64,000 bases of DNA, taken from assembly GCA_051294905.1 (NCBI GenBank), contig CM119385.1:11842001-11906000 (forward strand), read 5' to 3'. How positions within the stretch are numbered: position 1 is the stretch's first letter; every line of letters begins with the position of its first letter. This document shows, piece after piece, positions 1-11,600 of the stretch. The DNA comes from Botryllus schlosseri (Eukaryota). A model generated the notes under the pieces. The model saw only the letters and a program-made list of their open reading frames with translations, was not told the DNA's origin and did no database searches. A program made the position numbers and the translations under genes.

Positions 1-1632
1 TAAAAACAATGTCAACAACTACCGCCCCATATCTATCCTACCATCCTTGTCAACAATTTTTGAAAAGCTACTACATCGACGACTTACCAGCTTCCTCGAT
101 GCTCACTCTGTCATACTAGACAACCAGTTTGGCTTCCGACAAAATCTTGACACAAATCGAGCAATTCTTGCCCTTACTTCCAAAATTTATCAGAGACACA
201 ACTCTGGTATGGTTTCATGTGTTGTTTTTCTTGATATAAAAAAAGCTTTCGACACTGTCAATCATTCAATACTTATAAGTAAACTCTCGTGTTATGGAAT
301 CAGAGGTGTAGCCTTGGATTTGATTACAAGCTATCTTACCAATCGATGTCAATATGTTTACAGTAAGGATCACCTACCTTCTGAAAAGGGTGACATATTG
401 TGTGGTGTACCACAGGGCTCCGTTTTAGGACCCCTATTATTCAGTCTTTATATCAATGATGTTGCTGCATGTATCTCGGAGACCTCGGTCCTATTTGCTG
501 ATGATACTTGTGTACTTATATCTGCTACAGACTTGACCTCTCTACAAACCAAAGCTAATTCCGAGATTTGTAAGATGACTGCTTGGATGAAAACCAACCG
601 ACTAACCATTAATCCAATTAAGACTCAGGTGCTGGTCTTCAATTGTAAAGCTACCTCAACTTTTTCACTAAGGGTATCTGATGTCATTATTGCCCCCTCA
701 ACCCATACAAGATATCTGGGAATTATCATTGACTCCAATCTTAAATGGAAGACCCACATTTTCAATCTATGTAAAAAGCTATCTGCTACGGCCGGAATTC
801 TAGCGAGACTGAGACATTCTCTCCCTAGACAGACCTTGAGAACCATATATTTCTCATTATTTCACCCTCATCTGCTTTATGGATTATGTGTATGGGGGAA
901 GGCCAATCAGACGGATTTAAACAGAATCTGTGTCATCCAAAATCGAGCCATAAGAAATATATGTGGCATAGATTCTAGGTCATCTGCTACTCCTGGTTAT
1001 TTAGCTCTCAGGATACTTAAGCTACCCGATTTGTATAATTATGAAATAGCCAACCTGATGCATAAATTCACAAATGGTAATATCTCCCCTTACTTTAATA
1101 GCTTGTTTGAGCAATCTTCCACTGTGCATGGGTATTCTACTAGATCATCGGAATCTAGTCATCTTTATGTTCACCGTATGAACTCCAAACTGACCCAACA
1201 GTCCATTGAATATATGGGCCCAAATATTTGGAATGACGTGCCCGACAGTATCAAAGAGCTACCTCAGCATGAATTTAAAACCCAATACCAGGATTACCTT
1301 TTTTCAAATTATAATCAGAAATGAGAGTATCTACTACCTAGTACCCGTTGATTTATAAATTATACATCTATTTATTGACTTCATATTGCTTTACCTAGTA
1401 TGTTGCCATGGCTACTGTCTTTGTTATATATTTGTGTTTATTATTGTCTTCTATTTGTGATTATTATTTTCTTTCATGTTGCAGACTGTCCACTGTTATA
1501 TTTATTGGGATGAGTGCACTTGATTATTTCACTGCCATGGAGGTGACGAGTAACAAGGCCTTTATAGGTCATATCGTCACCTCCAGTCAACTTTTTATGT
1601 TTGACGAAGCAATAAAATGTCTGTCTGTCTGT
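1..1632 (+). mobile_element. 3' portion of a non-LTR retrotransposon (CR1/L2 group): RT ORF, ~300-nt 3' UTR, AATAAA and (TCTG)n tail; continues past the left edge
   Basis: The RT ORF ends at 1324. It is followed by an AT-rich UTR, an 11-bp stem-loop (1539-1584), then aataaa at ~1611 and tgtctgtctgtctg. A short tandem-repeat tail is typical of CR1/L2 elements. Confidence 0.9.
2..1324 (+). CDS. Reverse transcriptase domain and C-terminal region of LINE ORF2 (5'-partial)
   Basis: The frame is open from base 2 (KNNVNNYRPISILPSLSTIFEKL), so the tracked start at 47 is not the real start. It carries the non-LTR RT motifs QFGFR, FLDIKKAFDTVNH, GVPQGSVLGPLLF, LFADD (nt 494-505), YLG, HGYSTR and SIEYMGPNIWN, with no stop or frameshift in ~440 codons. 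Confidence 0.95.
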   Translation, partial: KNNVNNYRPISILPSLSTIFEKLLHRRLTSFLDAHSVILDNQFGFRQNLDTNRAILALTSKIYQRHNSGMVSCVVFLDIKKAFDTVNHSILISKLSCYGIRGVALDLITSYLTNRCQYVYSKDHLPSEKGDILCGVPQGSVLGPLLFSLYINDVAACISETSVLFADDTCVLISATDLTSLQTKANSEICKMTAWMKTNRLTINPIKTQVLVFNCKATSTFSLRVSDVIIAPSTHTRYLGIIIDSNLKWKTHIFNLCKKLSATAGILARLRHSLPRQTLRTIYFSLFHPHLLYGLCVWGKANQTDLNRICVIQNRAIRNICGIDSRSSATPGYLALRILKLPDLYNYEIANLMHKFTNGNISPYFNSLFEQSSTVHGYSTRSSESSHLYVHRMNSKLTQQSIEYMGPNIWNDVPDSIKELPQHEFKTQYQDYLFSNYNQK

Positions 1633-1639
1633 TATGACT

Positions 1640-1731
1640 GTTGATGAGAGAATTCAAAAATATGAAATTCGGTCTATATATAGAGAAACAAGCGTGAATT
1701 GGAGGTGCGCCCCCCAGGTTGAGAACCACTG
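1640..1731. mobile_element. Right end of a hAT-type MITE (ends GGTTGAGAACCACTG)
   Basis: The terminus matches the CAGTGGTT(C/T)-type ends seen at 6611 and 36810. The left end was not found and may lie beyond the LINE. Confidence 0.5.
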
Positions 1732-2357
1732 CCTTAGACCAAATGGAAAGTGTGACGTACACCAATTTCACTGACCCATGAAATTTGCTTGTGTCCACAC
1801 CATATAGGACACCATGGTTTGTTGCGTGCGTGGTTGTACCAAGTCACGGCATTCCGAATCACAAATGTCCTATGATTGTAACGTTTGACGCGACGAGTAC
1901 GAGTAGGAGTAATCTACAGAAGGTCGCGCCCAAGTCCAAATCACAATTTTCAGTCACTAATCATCAACGGGTCATGTTTTACCATCATAAACAAGTAATG
2001 TCACGTAATAGGTGATCTTCCACTGCGTGGTAACTTTTGAAAGTGATGTATTAGTGAAGTTTGATGAGTAGTTTCAGGCTTCTGGAGTAGTTTTAGAGCG
2101 AATTTTAAGTTCTCAAATTAAAAAAAAATTGGTAGTCAAATATTGTCGAACACTTCGAAATCCAAAATATCGTCGCGGGCCGCACAAAATGGTCTTGCGG
2201 GCCGCGTGTTTGAGACCTCTGACTTACGCTATACTTCATTGCTTCAGAATCATGCTTCGGTTCTCATATACGAGACTTGATAAATCATTAAAACCCTGTT
2301 CCACAGTGACGGTATATGCCCCCTACTCGTTTTCACACAGAGAAAAGGCACTCAACA

Positions 2358-2363
2358 TTTATT
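2358..2363 (-). promoter_or_regulatory. Candidate polyadenylation signal of HERC2 (AATAAA)
   Basis: tttatt on the plus strand lies ~60 nt downstream of the HERC2 stop (TAG at 2423-2421). Confidence 0.5.
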
Positions 2364-2420
2364 ATTGAGACCACTAGCTGCAAACAGACACAGTGACGGC
2401 TGACACAACGTACAGGTAAC

Positions 2421-2674
2421 CTAACATATTTCCGTCTCAGTGTCATTTTGAGAATCCTGATCGCTAGCGTATGAATGCGCCTCCGCCTGCTGTCTCACAT
2501 CCTGCGTGAAAGCGGGCCTGTTGAACAGCCGGGGACGGGACGGTGTCGTCCGGCTGAGGAAGCGTCCGATATTCGGAGTGTAACGAGACAGCAGAGACAG
2601 ACTCGTGGTCGCGACGTGGGAACGAAGACGGTCCATCGCGTCTTGCACTTGATTCACCCGTCGATCGGCATAAT
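2421..2674 (-). CDS. HERC2: HERC2 terminal coding exon ([11 protein letters not shown]...[18 protein letters not shown])
   Basis: The acceptor is ttttaaag at 2676-2675. It joins in phase 1 to the exon ending at 4077 (TCA G|gtatc), giving an open frame to TAG at 2421. Confidence 0.75.
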
Positions 2675-5600
2675 CTTTAAAAGATAAGAGCTGACGCTAC
2701 CAGATGTGCTTGAAGTAGTCGCCCTTGGTAGTTACTAATAAGTAAAAACATTTTCAAGGCCTAGTTTTGCCTAACAAATGAAAACTGTCAAGTAGCAGTA
2801 TTAGTAATAAGTAATTATTCTAGCCTAAAAAAACTGAAACTAGTCAGGTAGTCTACCAAAATCATAACCACTCGAGGATGTAGTGCAAGTACGCAAAATT
2901 ACAAGATAAATATTACTGACTGATGCAAAATGACTATTGTGACACTGCAGATAAGGGTGCGATATAATATACTCAGTTACGGCAGTGTGGGGACGACTCG
3001 AGTCAACTTTTTCAGATGACTTGACTTGAGTCACTATGCAAAAATGACTTGACTTCAATGTTGGGATCAAGTCACTGACACCGAGTCACAAGTCATCTCG
3101 AGTCATTGCACATTTTGACTCGAGTCAAGTCAAGTCACAATTCAAGTCAAATTGAATTTTCGAAGTAAGAGGGTTGATTCAATATCATTATCTTTTGTTG
3201 GCTGTTTGAAACACAGACCGATTCGACATGAAAATAACGAATGTTAATTTAAATAAACGTGCAAAAGGGCGTTGTATCGCTCACGAAGAGAACTGCTGTT
3301 AAAATACGTAAGTAACTGCATAGCTACAGTCTGTAATCATCGGACAAAACAGAAGATCAGAATACGAAACCCATCTACACATATCAGTGATATACAATTT
3401 AACAATTTAAGCCTGCTTCTCTGAGGAGTAATATAATCGCAAAAACTATATTCGTTAGATTTAAATCATACAAGAGGATTGGTAAAGGTGAGTAGAACGT
3501 ATAATCATTGAATGACCGGTTTCTCTCGAAAGTCACACAGTCGTCGCGCGAGCAATGCGAACATAAGCTACACTGATTCAGTTGACATCGATTACTTGAT
3601 GACTTGAAATTGACTCCTAAATCTTGCTCCGAGTCACGAGTCAATTCAAGTCATTTTTGCAAAGTGACTCGAGTCAAGTGAAGTCATACGAAAAAGTTGA
3701 CTCGAGTCTGGCTGAGTCAAGTCAGAACTCGCATCATCCAAACACTGCTGGACTTGACTTCACTCGTCCCGACTTGACTTCACTCGACTCGACTTCACCC
3801 GTCATTTCCAAAAATCGTGTGACTTGGCTTGACTCGAGTCAAAAGGTAGAGATTTGATCACAGTTTTCATGACAATTTCTGTCATAACGACACTGCAAAC
3901 ATATCCGAAATTACAGTGCATATCCGAAATTACAGTGCATAACCCAAGTAATTTTTCCTAGAAAATTTCAAGGTGAAGTGGAAATTGTCCTACTGGCGTA
4001 CTCTGAAATAGTAGAAGTACTTCATTACTGAGCATCTCCACACAATTTGGAAATTACCGATAAAGCAGCACGATACCTGACATGTTGTTATTGCTCGCCG
4101 CGATTAAATCTTCCAAATCCTCCTCTTCTTCGTCACCGTCAACAGGAAATCGTGCGTAGTCATCGGTGTCGATGGATTTACAAAAATAAATCGCGTACTT
4201 CAGTTTTTCGTCCATAATTGCCTGCGTCACGTAACACGAACGGTAAAGTAAGTGTAGACATTTTACAAGCGTAGATTCGAATACCTTCGAGCTGTAGCGC
4301 GGCAATTTCAGAAGAAAAAAACAGGTGTAGGACTCGGGTAGGTAGTAATCTGGCGGGTTGTATTTGTCTAAAACCTGAAAATACGCAACCCGGACTGAAT
4401 CACAGCAGGGTGGTCAAAGTATTCAGCGTTGCAACTCAATTGAAAATAATTTTTGAATTAAAATTTTTTACATTAAAATAAGTATTTTAAATGTCTGCAC
4501 AACTACAAGCAGAGGTAACGATTTACAAGACATAGCTACAAGACTGTTACAACACTCTAGTTACCTGTATAACGAAGTCCCGTCCCCTGAAATCCGCGAT
4601 GGTTCTCGGCAGTCTGGAGCGACCCCAGACAAACCGCAGAAACAGTGACTTTTCTTCGTTCGTCATGGTGTCCATGATCTCCCAGAACCATTTCTGCAAG
4701 TGCTGGTCGGCAGAGGTGCCTTTGAACGACGCTACCGATTTCAGAAGGCAAAGGGGAATTTCGGGATTGCCGCAGACCTGCATAAAAAAGATACCGAGTA
4801 GCGCCATAGCTAGTCAAAATCCGCCGATTTTCGAATACCATAGTTTCCATTTCGTTCCTTGTGAACAGTGACAGCAGCGGCAGCGGTATGACGCAGGCAA
4901 TGCCGCCGCGAATCAGATTGATGTAGTGATCGAATTCGTGTAATCTGAAAAGAGGGGCGTTAAAATATGTTCTGCTCAACTGTACGATCGGGTGTTGGGG
5001 ACAATTTGGTAAGCGTTTCTGTACATGGGCAGAGGCAGGTTACCATGGCAGGTTACCTGCCGGTCTGCCAAACATGCAATGCAAGAAGTTGGAGCCTTGT
5101 CCATCAATTAGAGAAATGAAATATCAAATTTTAAATTGATCTAGAAGTTTGAAACCTATTTTTCTGTATGGCGTCGTAATAGAGAGTTCATGGTCTACTT
5201 TGGGCATACGTCAGTGGTGAAGTGTTGTACGAAACTGTTTAAAGTCACCTACGATTCTTTTCGGACAAGTTATATGCGAACGTTAAGGAGACTGTTAACT
5301 GTTGAACAAACTTCGATAAATCCTGACGTGTGGAAGTATAATAGAGGCTATAGCAAAGGGCTAAGTCACATATATTTCACAGGACTCTGAGAGCTTCGCC
5401 TTCCAGAAAATTAAAAAAGGCTGCATTAAATCGAGATATCAATTACACATTTGAGCTGCGTACACACGGCGCAATGATATATTTTGAGTCAATTTTCATT
5501 GTTGAAGGTTCGCTATTTTTTCGAAACCACCTGAATTTCAGATCTTCATTTTCTACGTTCACTTGAAGTGAATATGACGTGTCTCGAAAATCGCAACTTC

Positions 5601-8600
5601 TACTGATAATTGAGTATAAATTTACAGCGCTAGTTCTACTTTTACTAGAATGCCAAAGATGAGTACTTCAGAAAAATACTAGACTTTGGCTTCAAAATTC
5701 ACTTCTCAAAATCATAGGGTTTAGTCACAAAAGCCATTATGTACGGCGTTAGTCTTGAGACTCATCAAACGGGCTACTGGGAGTTAAGATTTATTATTAA
5801 AATAGATTGGGAAAGATATCGAATTCCGAATACCCAACCGTGATATTACACCATAGTCACGATAAGACAACACCCACTATACCAGTGTTTCCCAACCGGG
5901 AGGGAATTCCCCCCTTGGGGGGAATTTTGAAATTTTTAGGGGGGAATCTGGCTTAATTTTTTTAGGGGAAATTTGGCTTTGGCATTGTATCGCGAGATAC
6001 CCTGGGTTCTCAAGGTTTTTTAGATTTTTATGGTATAGAATTGTTAAGTAGAGATAGTTCTTTACAATTGTATGTTTCTTTGGCGGATTTCAAGCTAGGT
6101 ATATGTTTAAATGCCTTCCGTAGCTATTACACCCCCTGATAAAGTGAGGCTCACGAGACGATTTTGTTGGGTCCGCGACAGCCTCTCGACCAAATTGCTA
6201 CTAAGCAGGAAAACGTCAAGCCGAATTCAGCACAAGGCCGCTAGTGAAATTGTTTAACTTTTTAAGCCAACATATGAGCTAACGTGAAAAACATACCGTA
6301 CCAAATTCATCGATTCAACTCAAGTCCATAGCAAGTGGACTTGGTGATTTGTTTTTTGTCAGCGGCTACCCGATCGGTCAAAAACAGGTCAAATCTTTTA
6401 CTGTACTTTACCAAAGTTTAGTGCGGTCCGCATTCGCCATAGTTCGGACATATCTGAACATGTTTGGCCATTAATTGCTCAGTCAACACATGGTTGCGCG
6501 TTAAAAAGCACATTTTAAGTCACAGGCAACTTTTTCATAGGGGGGGGGGGGGAATTCCAGCTCAAATATCGGCCAAGGGGGGCACGAGACGAAAAAGGTT
6601 GGGAACCACTGCACTATACAATTACAGGGAAAAACACCAAAACCGAGCTCAAAACTACTAGCTTGGCCACGAGCATCGCAACAATTACCTGTACTGGATC
6701 GCTTGACGTACGTATTCATTACGGTTTGTCACGGTGACGGTGGCATGCAATTTGCTCAACGAGACGACCTTTCAAACACAAATATGACAATCGCCACTCT
6801 TTAAAACCCTAGGTTCTAAGGCAGCTCACCTGTCCAGCGGCAGACTCTATAGTGAACGGTAAGTTCATGGCTTCCAGCTCTTCAGCGTCGGCGTCGCGAA
6901 TAAACATCAATTTCGGCAAGAAGTCCTGATGGGATATTTGTGGTATGCCAAAAAAGTTTCAGTCGAAGACATAGTCACTTTACCTTGTCTATTTCAGATA
7001 TGTCAGTCAAACACTGCTCCTGCCCGGACAATAACTTCCACATGGGCTCGGCGAGATTGAGACTCAACGGGCTGCCGGTTCGGATAGCGATTCCGATCAA
7101 GATACCTGAGACAGGTCGGGTTACGTTACTACACTGACGGTACTGTGTCTTCAATTGCCAGCTTCGATAATCTCACTTTTGACAAGACATAAAAATCAAC
7201 CGCAAGTCGGCTCTCGGGAAACCAAATTAAAATGGAAAATTCTCATATACGTCGTCAACTTATTATTTCTAGGAGTAACGCCTCTGCAATATAGCGGTCG
7301 TTGAGCCATTGTCCGTTCGCTAATTCATCAGGCCATGGACATTGGACGGACATGGACACGGTGGCATCATTTCTGATGGTTTTGAAACTGAGAAAGAGCT
7401 AGAAATGGCTTCCGCTAGAAATAGACGAAAATCCAGTCCTGGTTTCGCAACTGTACATATGATATATACAAAATAGTACCGCAGGCCATGTAGTCGAAGT
7501 TTTGTGCAACTTTCTTGGATGGATTCGGGGTCTCACAGAAATTTTAGAAGTCTGTTAATATGCTCCACCTCCAACGGCTTTCAAAGAGAACCAAATACTC
7601 TCAAATGTTACTAAAACGTGATATCACAACTTAATTTCTTTCTGTAAGCACGATTTTTATGTATTTTCGCGAATCGTGCATGTAATGCTGATAATAATAA
7701 CTAAAAATGTAACAAAACGAATGATAGAGTCGAAGTTCTGTGACCAAAATAGTAAGAGTGCCAAACTCAATTTATTTCTGCGAGCACGATTTTTTCTAAA
7801 TTACTGCGAACCATACATGCCCGATTCCCCCACTTCCTGGGTTGGCCGTTAGTGTACTGGTTGGTTTCACTGCTCCCTATGGGCTCTGAGTAAGAGTGCT
7901 ATTTTGGAACAGCGTCCTGACACGTGTTTACTAGGTTTGCTAGTGTAAAGCCGATTTCTGCGGCGGGTTTTTGAGGAGTGGAGCTGAAGTTCAGCTTCAA
8001 CGGCATCCTTACCCAAAAATTTATACATCAGCGCGTACAAATGCGAAGCCATCTCTTCGTGCGGCGATATCACGTGACAGTCCCGATTTGTCCCGGACTC
8101 GTCCTGCCCGTTCGGCGTCTGCATCAGCAAGGGCACCGACCCGTTCTCGAGCTCGTCGCACATTTCCGCGATAGATTCGCTGTAACCGCCGCCGCAGTCG
8201 TCAACGGATTCACCTGAAAGAAATCAACCTGCCGGCCACAGTTCACCGAAACCTGGCGACTCCCGCTGCACGTACCGACAAATTTCACTTTCCAAACTCG
8301 GTGCGGTAAGAAGACGCTGTCCGGGAGCAGTTCGCGTATTTTCAAGGTGGCCTGGTAGAAGACGGACTTCAGAACCACCAGGGCCTCGTGGGCCACGCCA
8401 GTTTTCTTTATTTCCTTGACCTACGAAAACCAGCATTACATTACGATACTCTACGCTGTTACCAGTGAATTTGACATTAGGAACATACAAACTATTTATT
8501 ATTATGAAAGCGATGCATCAATATTGTACTGATAAAGTCGAAAATGAATGTTCCGCTGAATATCAGTGTGATTTGTGGTGAATTTGGTATTCGAAATCTT

Positions 8601-11600
8601 GCGATAAAGTGCTTATGACCTATGAACTCTCATTTCGTATTTCTGTTCCTTTCATTTGGTGATTAGGTCAATGATTGTTTGATTGTTAGGTTAATACGTA
8701 GTGTGTAAATGCGTTAGTGCGATCGCTAGCCAGAGCTGTTAATTTGCCTGTGTTGTCTTCGCTGGATGCTACTTGCTGCTGTAAGAACAGATTATCTGCT
8801 TCTCTGGAATAAATTCGATTGAAGATATATCTTAAGCCTCGACGGATCAGGTCAAGATAGATAGATCGTTCATCAAGAAATGTAAATAAATGCGAAAATG
8901 AGTGTTTCACTGAATATCAGCATAGATTGTGATATGCGGCGCTTGGTGAATTCGACACTTGGCACTTGGTATGTATGAATGTATTCGGGTTAGGGGTTAG
9001 CTGTTGGGTCCGGATTAGGGGCTGGCAAGTGCCGAATTCACTCCATGCCAGTGGTTTCTCAAGTAGAGCCCAACACTCCCATGGGGGCGTTTGCAACCAG
9101 GAATGGGGTGCTAGCTACTAACTGGGTGATTGGTGGGGGTGCTGTAGATTATCTGTGCACTGAGAGTGAAAAAAAAACCTAACACAATGAAACTTGCCTC
9201 GATGCGATTCAGTTCGATGCTCGGCCCGTGCTGCTTCTCTCGGATCATCGTTATTTGCACCACTTTTCTGAAAAAGCATTCTTTTCCCGAATTTACCAAA
9301 AGGCCGCGAACGGCGTCTGGGAAACGGCGCGAGGTCGCGGGCGCGTAGAAATCAGAAGTCACTTCGGCCAGGGCGCTGGAGCACGACGGCTGCCGCCAGG
9401 ACTGGTCCATGAGCGTCAGAAACGGGATGCAGCCGCACAGAATCTCTGCATAAATGAGACAACGACGCAATGTTTAGGGAAGAAAGGCATTCACGGCAGT
9501 CAATTCGCGAGCGTCTCATACATTGCCGACAGCTTACAAAAATCCTACTTTAACGTAGGTTATGGTGGAATTTCTCATACACCGAAGTCCCAATGGAAGA
9601 AATAATGGGCTTTGTGAGATGTGAAAGGCGTCGAATAACCTTTCAGAATCCAGAGCATTGGTGTTCAAGGTTGGCAAATTCACTGCTTGGGGGCTAACCA
9701 AGTCGCAAGGTTACGAGTCACAAGTCAATCTCACTTTTATTGTTTCAACTCGAGTCAAGTCCAAGCCCGAGTCCAAGTCATTATGTTCACTCTTCAGTTT
9801 TAAATTCAACCCGGTTCAACCCACTTTTTTCAACTCTGCTCGAGTGATATAGAATGGGGCTCGCATTCCTAATACATCAATTTTCTTCAGTCTCAACAGT
9901 TTCTGGCCTTATTTTCCAAGTATTAGGACTGATAGACAAAATACAAATAATGTGGTGACTTTACTATTGTTCGAAGCTACAATAAAATGTCCGTCTTGCC
10001 CGTCCTAGTCTCGAGTCATACGACTTGGTTCGAATCATGCACAATGACTCAAGTACAAGTCGAGTCAATACAAAAATTGACTCGAGTCGAGTCATTTTAC
10101 ACATTCGAAAAAATGACTCGAGTAAAGTTGGGTCTCCAAAAACTCGCGACTCGAGTCGTCACAACCCTGGCTAAAACACCAAGTCTCCCAGGCATTTATT
10201 TTCAAGTTCTTGCGAAGTTGAATGGTTGATCCACGAACAATGAACTTTAATGCTAGCTCCAATTTTCACCATGCAAAACCAGGTCTTCAGATCGATAGAT
10301 TTGAACTATACTGCCAACCTGTGCCTAGGGCTGTTTGCTGATTATTCATCCCACAAATCTGATTGAAATGCATCAACAACTACTTTGCAGAATACAATTG
10401 AATAATAGAATATGTTCATATTAAAATAAACCCGAGTATTTTCGGCTGACACTCGTCAGCGGTAATCGCCAGTAACTACTAGAGAATTAAAAAGAACATT
10501 GTAGATCAAAATTCAACAATTGTATCAGATAAAACTATTTGTCAAAGTAGGTTCAAATAGCTTACCCGAAAACTGATTCAATAGCACAAGCCTGTTTCTC
10601 AACACCGGAATAGGCAAGGACTGCAGCAGGTTGTACTTAATCGGTACGGACAACGGCAGTCCGGACTGGCTGCTACGTTTCTTGGTTCGCGAGTTGCCCG
10701 TAGACCACGCCATACTGTGAGCCGAGCCACAAGCGACCCGGTCCACTCCCTGTCCCGACAAGGATTTGATCAAAGTCAATCGTTGAGCGGCTTGCGTCGA
10801 TCCGTCCCCAATCTTAAAGTGAAATACTTGATACCTCATGAAACAGAAAATGTATTACTTGTTTCATTTAGTTTGCATGACAGCAGTAAGTACGCCAAAT
10901 CACATACAAGAATATGCATATTACATTCACATATATTGTTTGAAGAGCTTCTTGGAGGTACAGAACTTCAATATATACAATTGAATAGTATATTCATATT
11001 GAAATAAACCCGAATATATTCGGCTGACACTCGTCACTAGTAGAGAATTGGAAAGAACATTGCACATCAACAATGGTATCACAAAAAATGACGTCACATG
11101 CATGAAATTTTAAATAATCGGGGCAGAGAGAGCGCTAAAGCTCAACGTACTATTTTCAGATGGTACACAAACTCCTTCTGTAGGCACACGCTTGGCGTAT
11201 TTTGATAAAAGTCGACTCCAAAGCACCCAAATGAAAGTGTTAACAGCCTTTCCCGACAACACGGAATATGCCGTCCCGAAAATTTTTCACGCAAACAGGA
11301 TTATCTAACAGATGTTAGCCAATTGCAGAATTTATGGCCTTCGTCTGTTATGAATTAAGCGTCAGGGGATGAGTCAAACCTATATTGTTATACATATTAT
11401 CGAATTATATTTTTTATAATATAACCTGTTCTATTTAAAGGGGTATGGATCTAAGGCAGGAAGACCGGGAATAAGAAGCATACCTGTCCCTCGTCGTTGT
11501 CACCCCAAGCGTAAACCTCTCCGTCCTCAGTACAGACGACGCAGTGCAAAGACCCGGTGGAGACGTCGACCACCTTCTTGTCTTTGAGATTTTCGACCAG

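Noticed and set aside
47-1324. RT as a prokaryotic retron, group II intron or CRISPR-associated RT
   Set aside because: The motifs, C-terminus and 3' tail are those of animal CR1/L2-group LINEs, and the context is a spliced eukaryotic gene.
3897-3943. Short tandem duplication catatccgaaattacagtg x2
   Set aside because: It is an ordinary slippage duplication with no further structure.
7330-7480. Plus-strand open stretch [21 protein letters not shown]...
   Set aside because: It is short, with no recognisable family and no supporting splice or start context.
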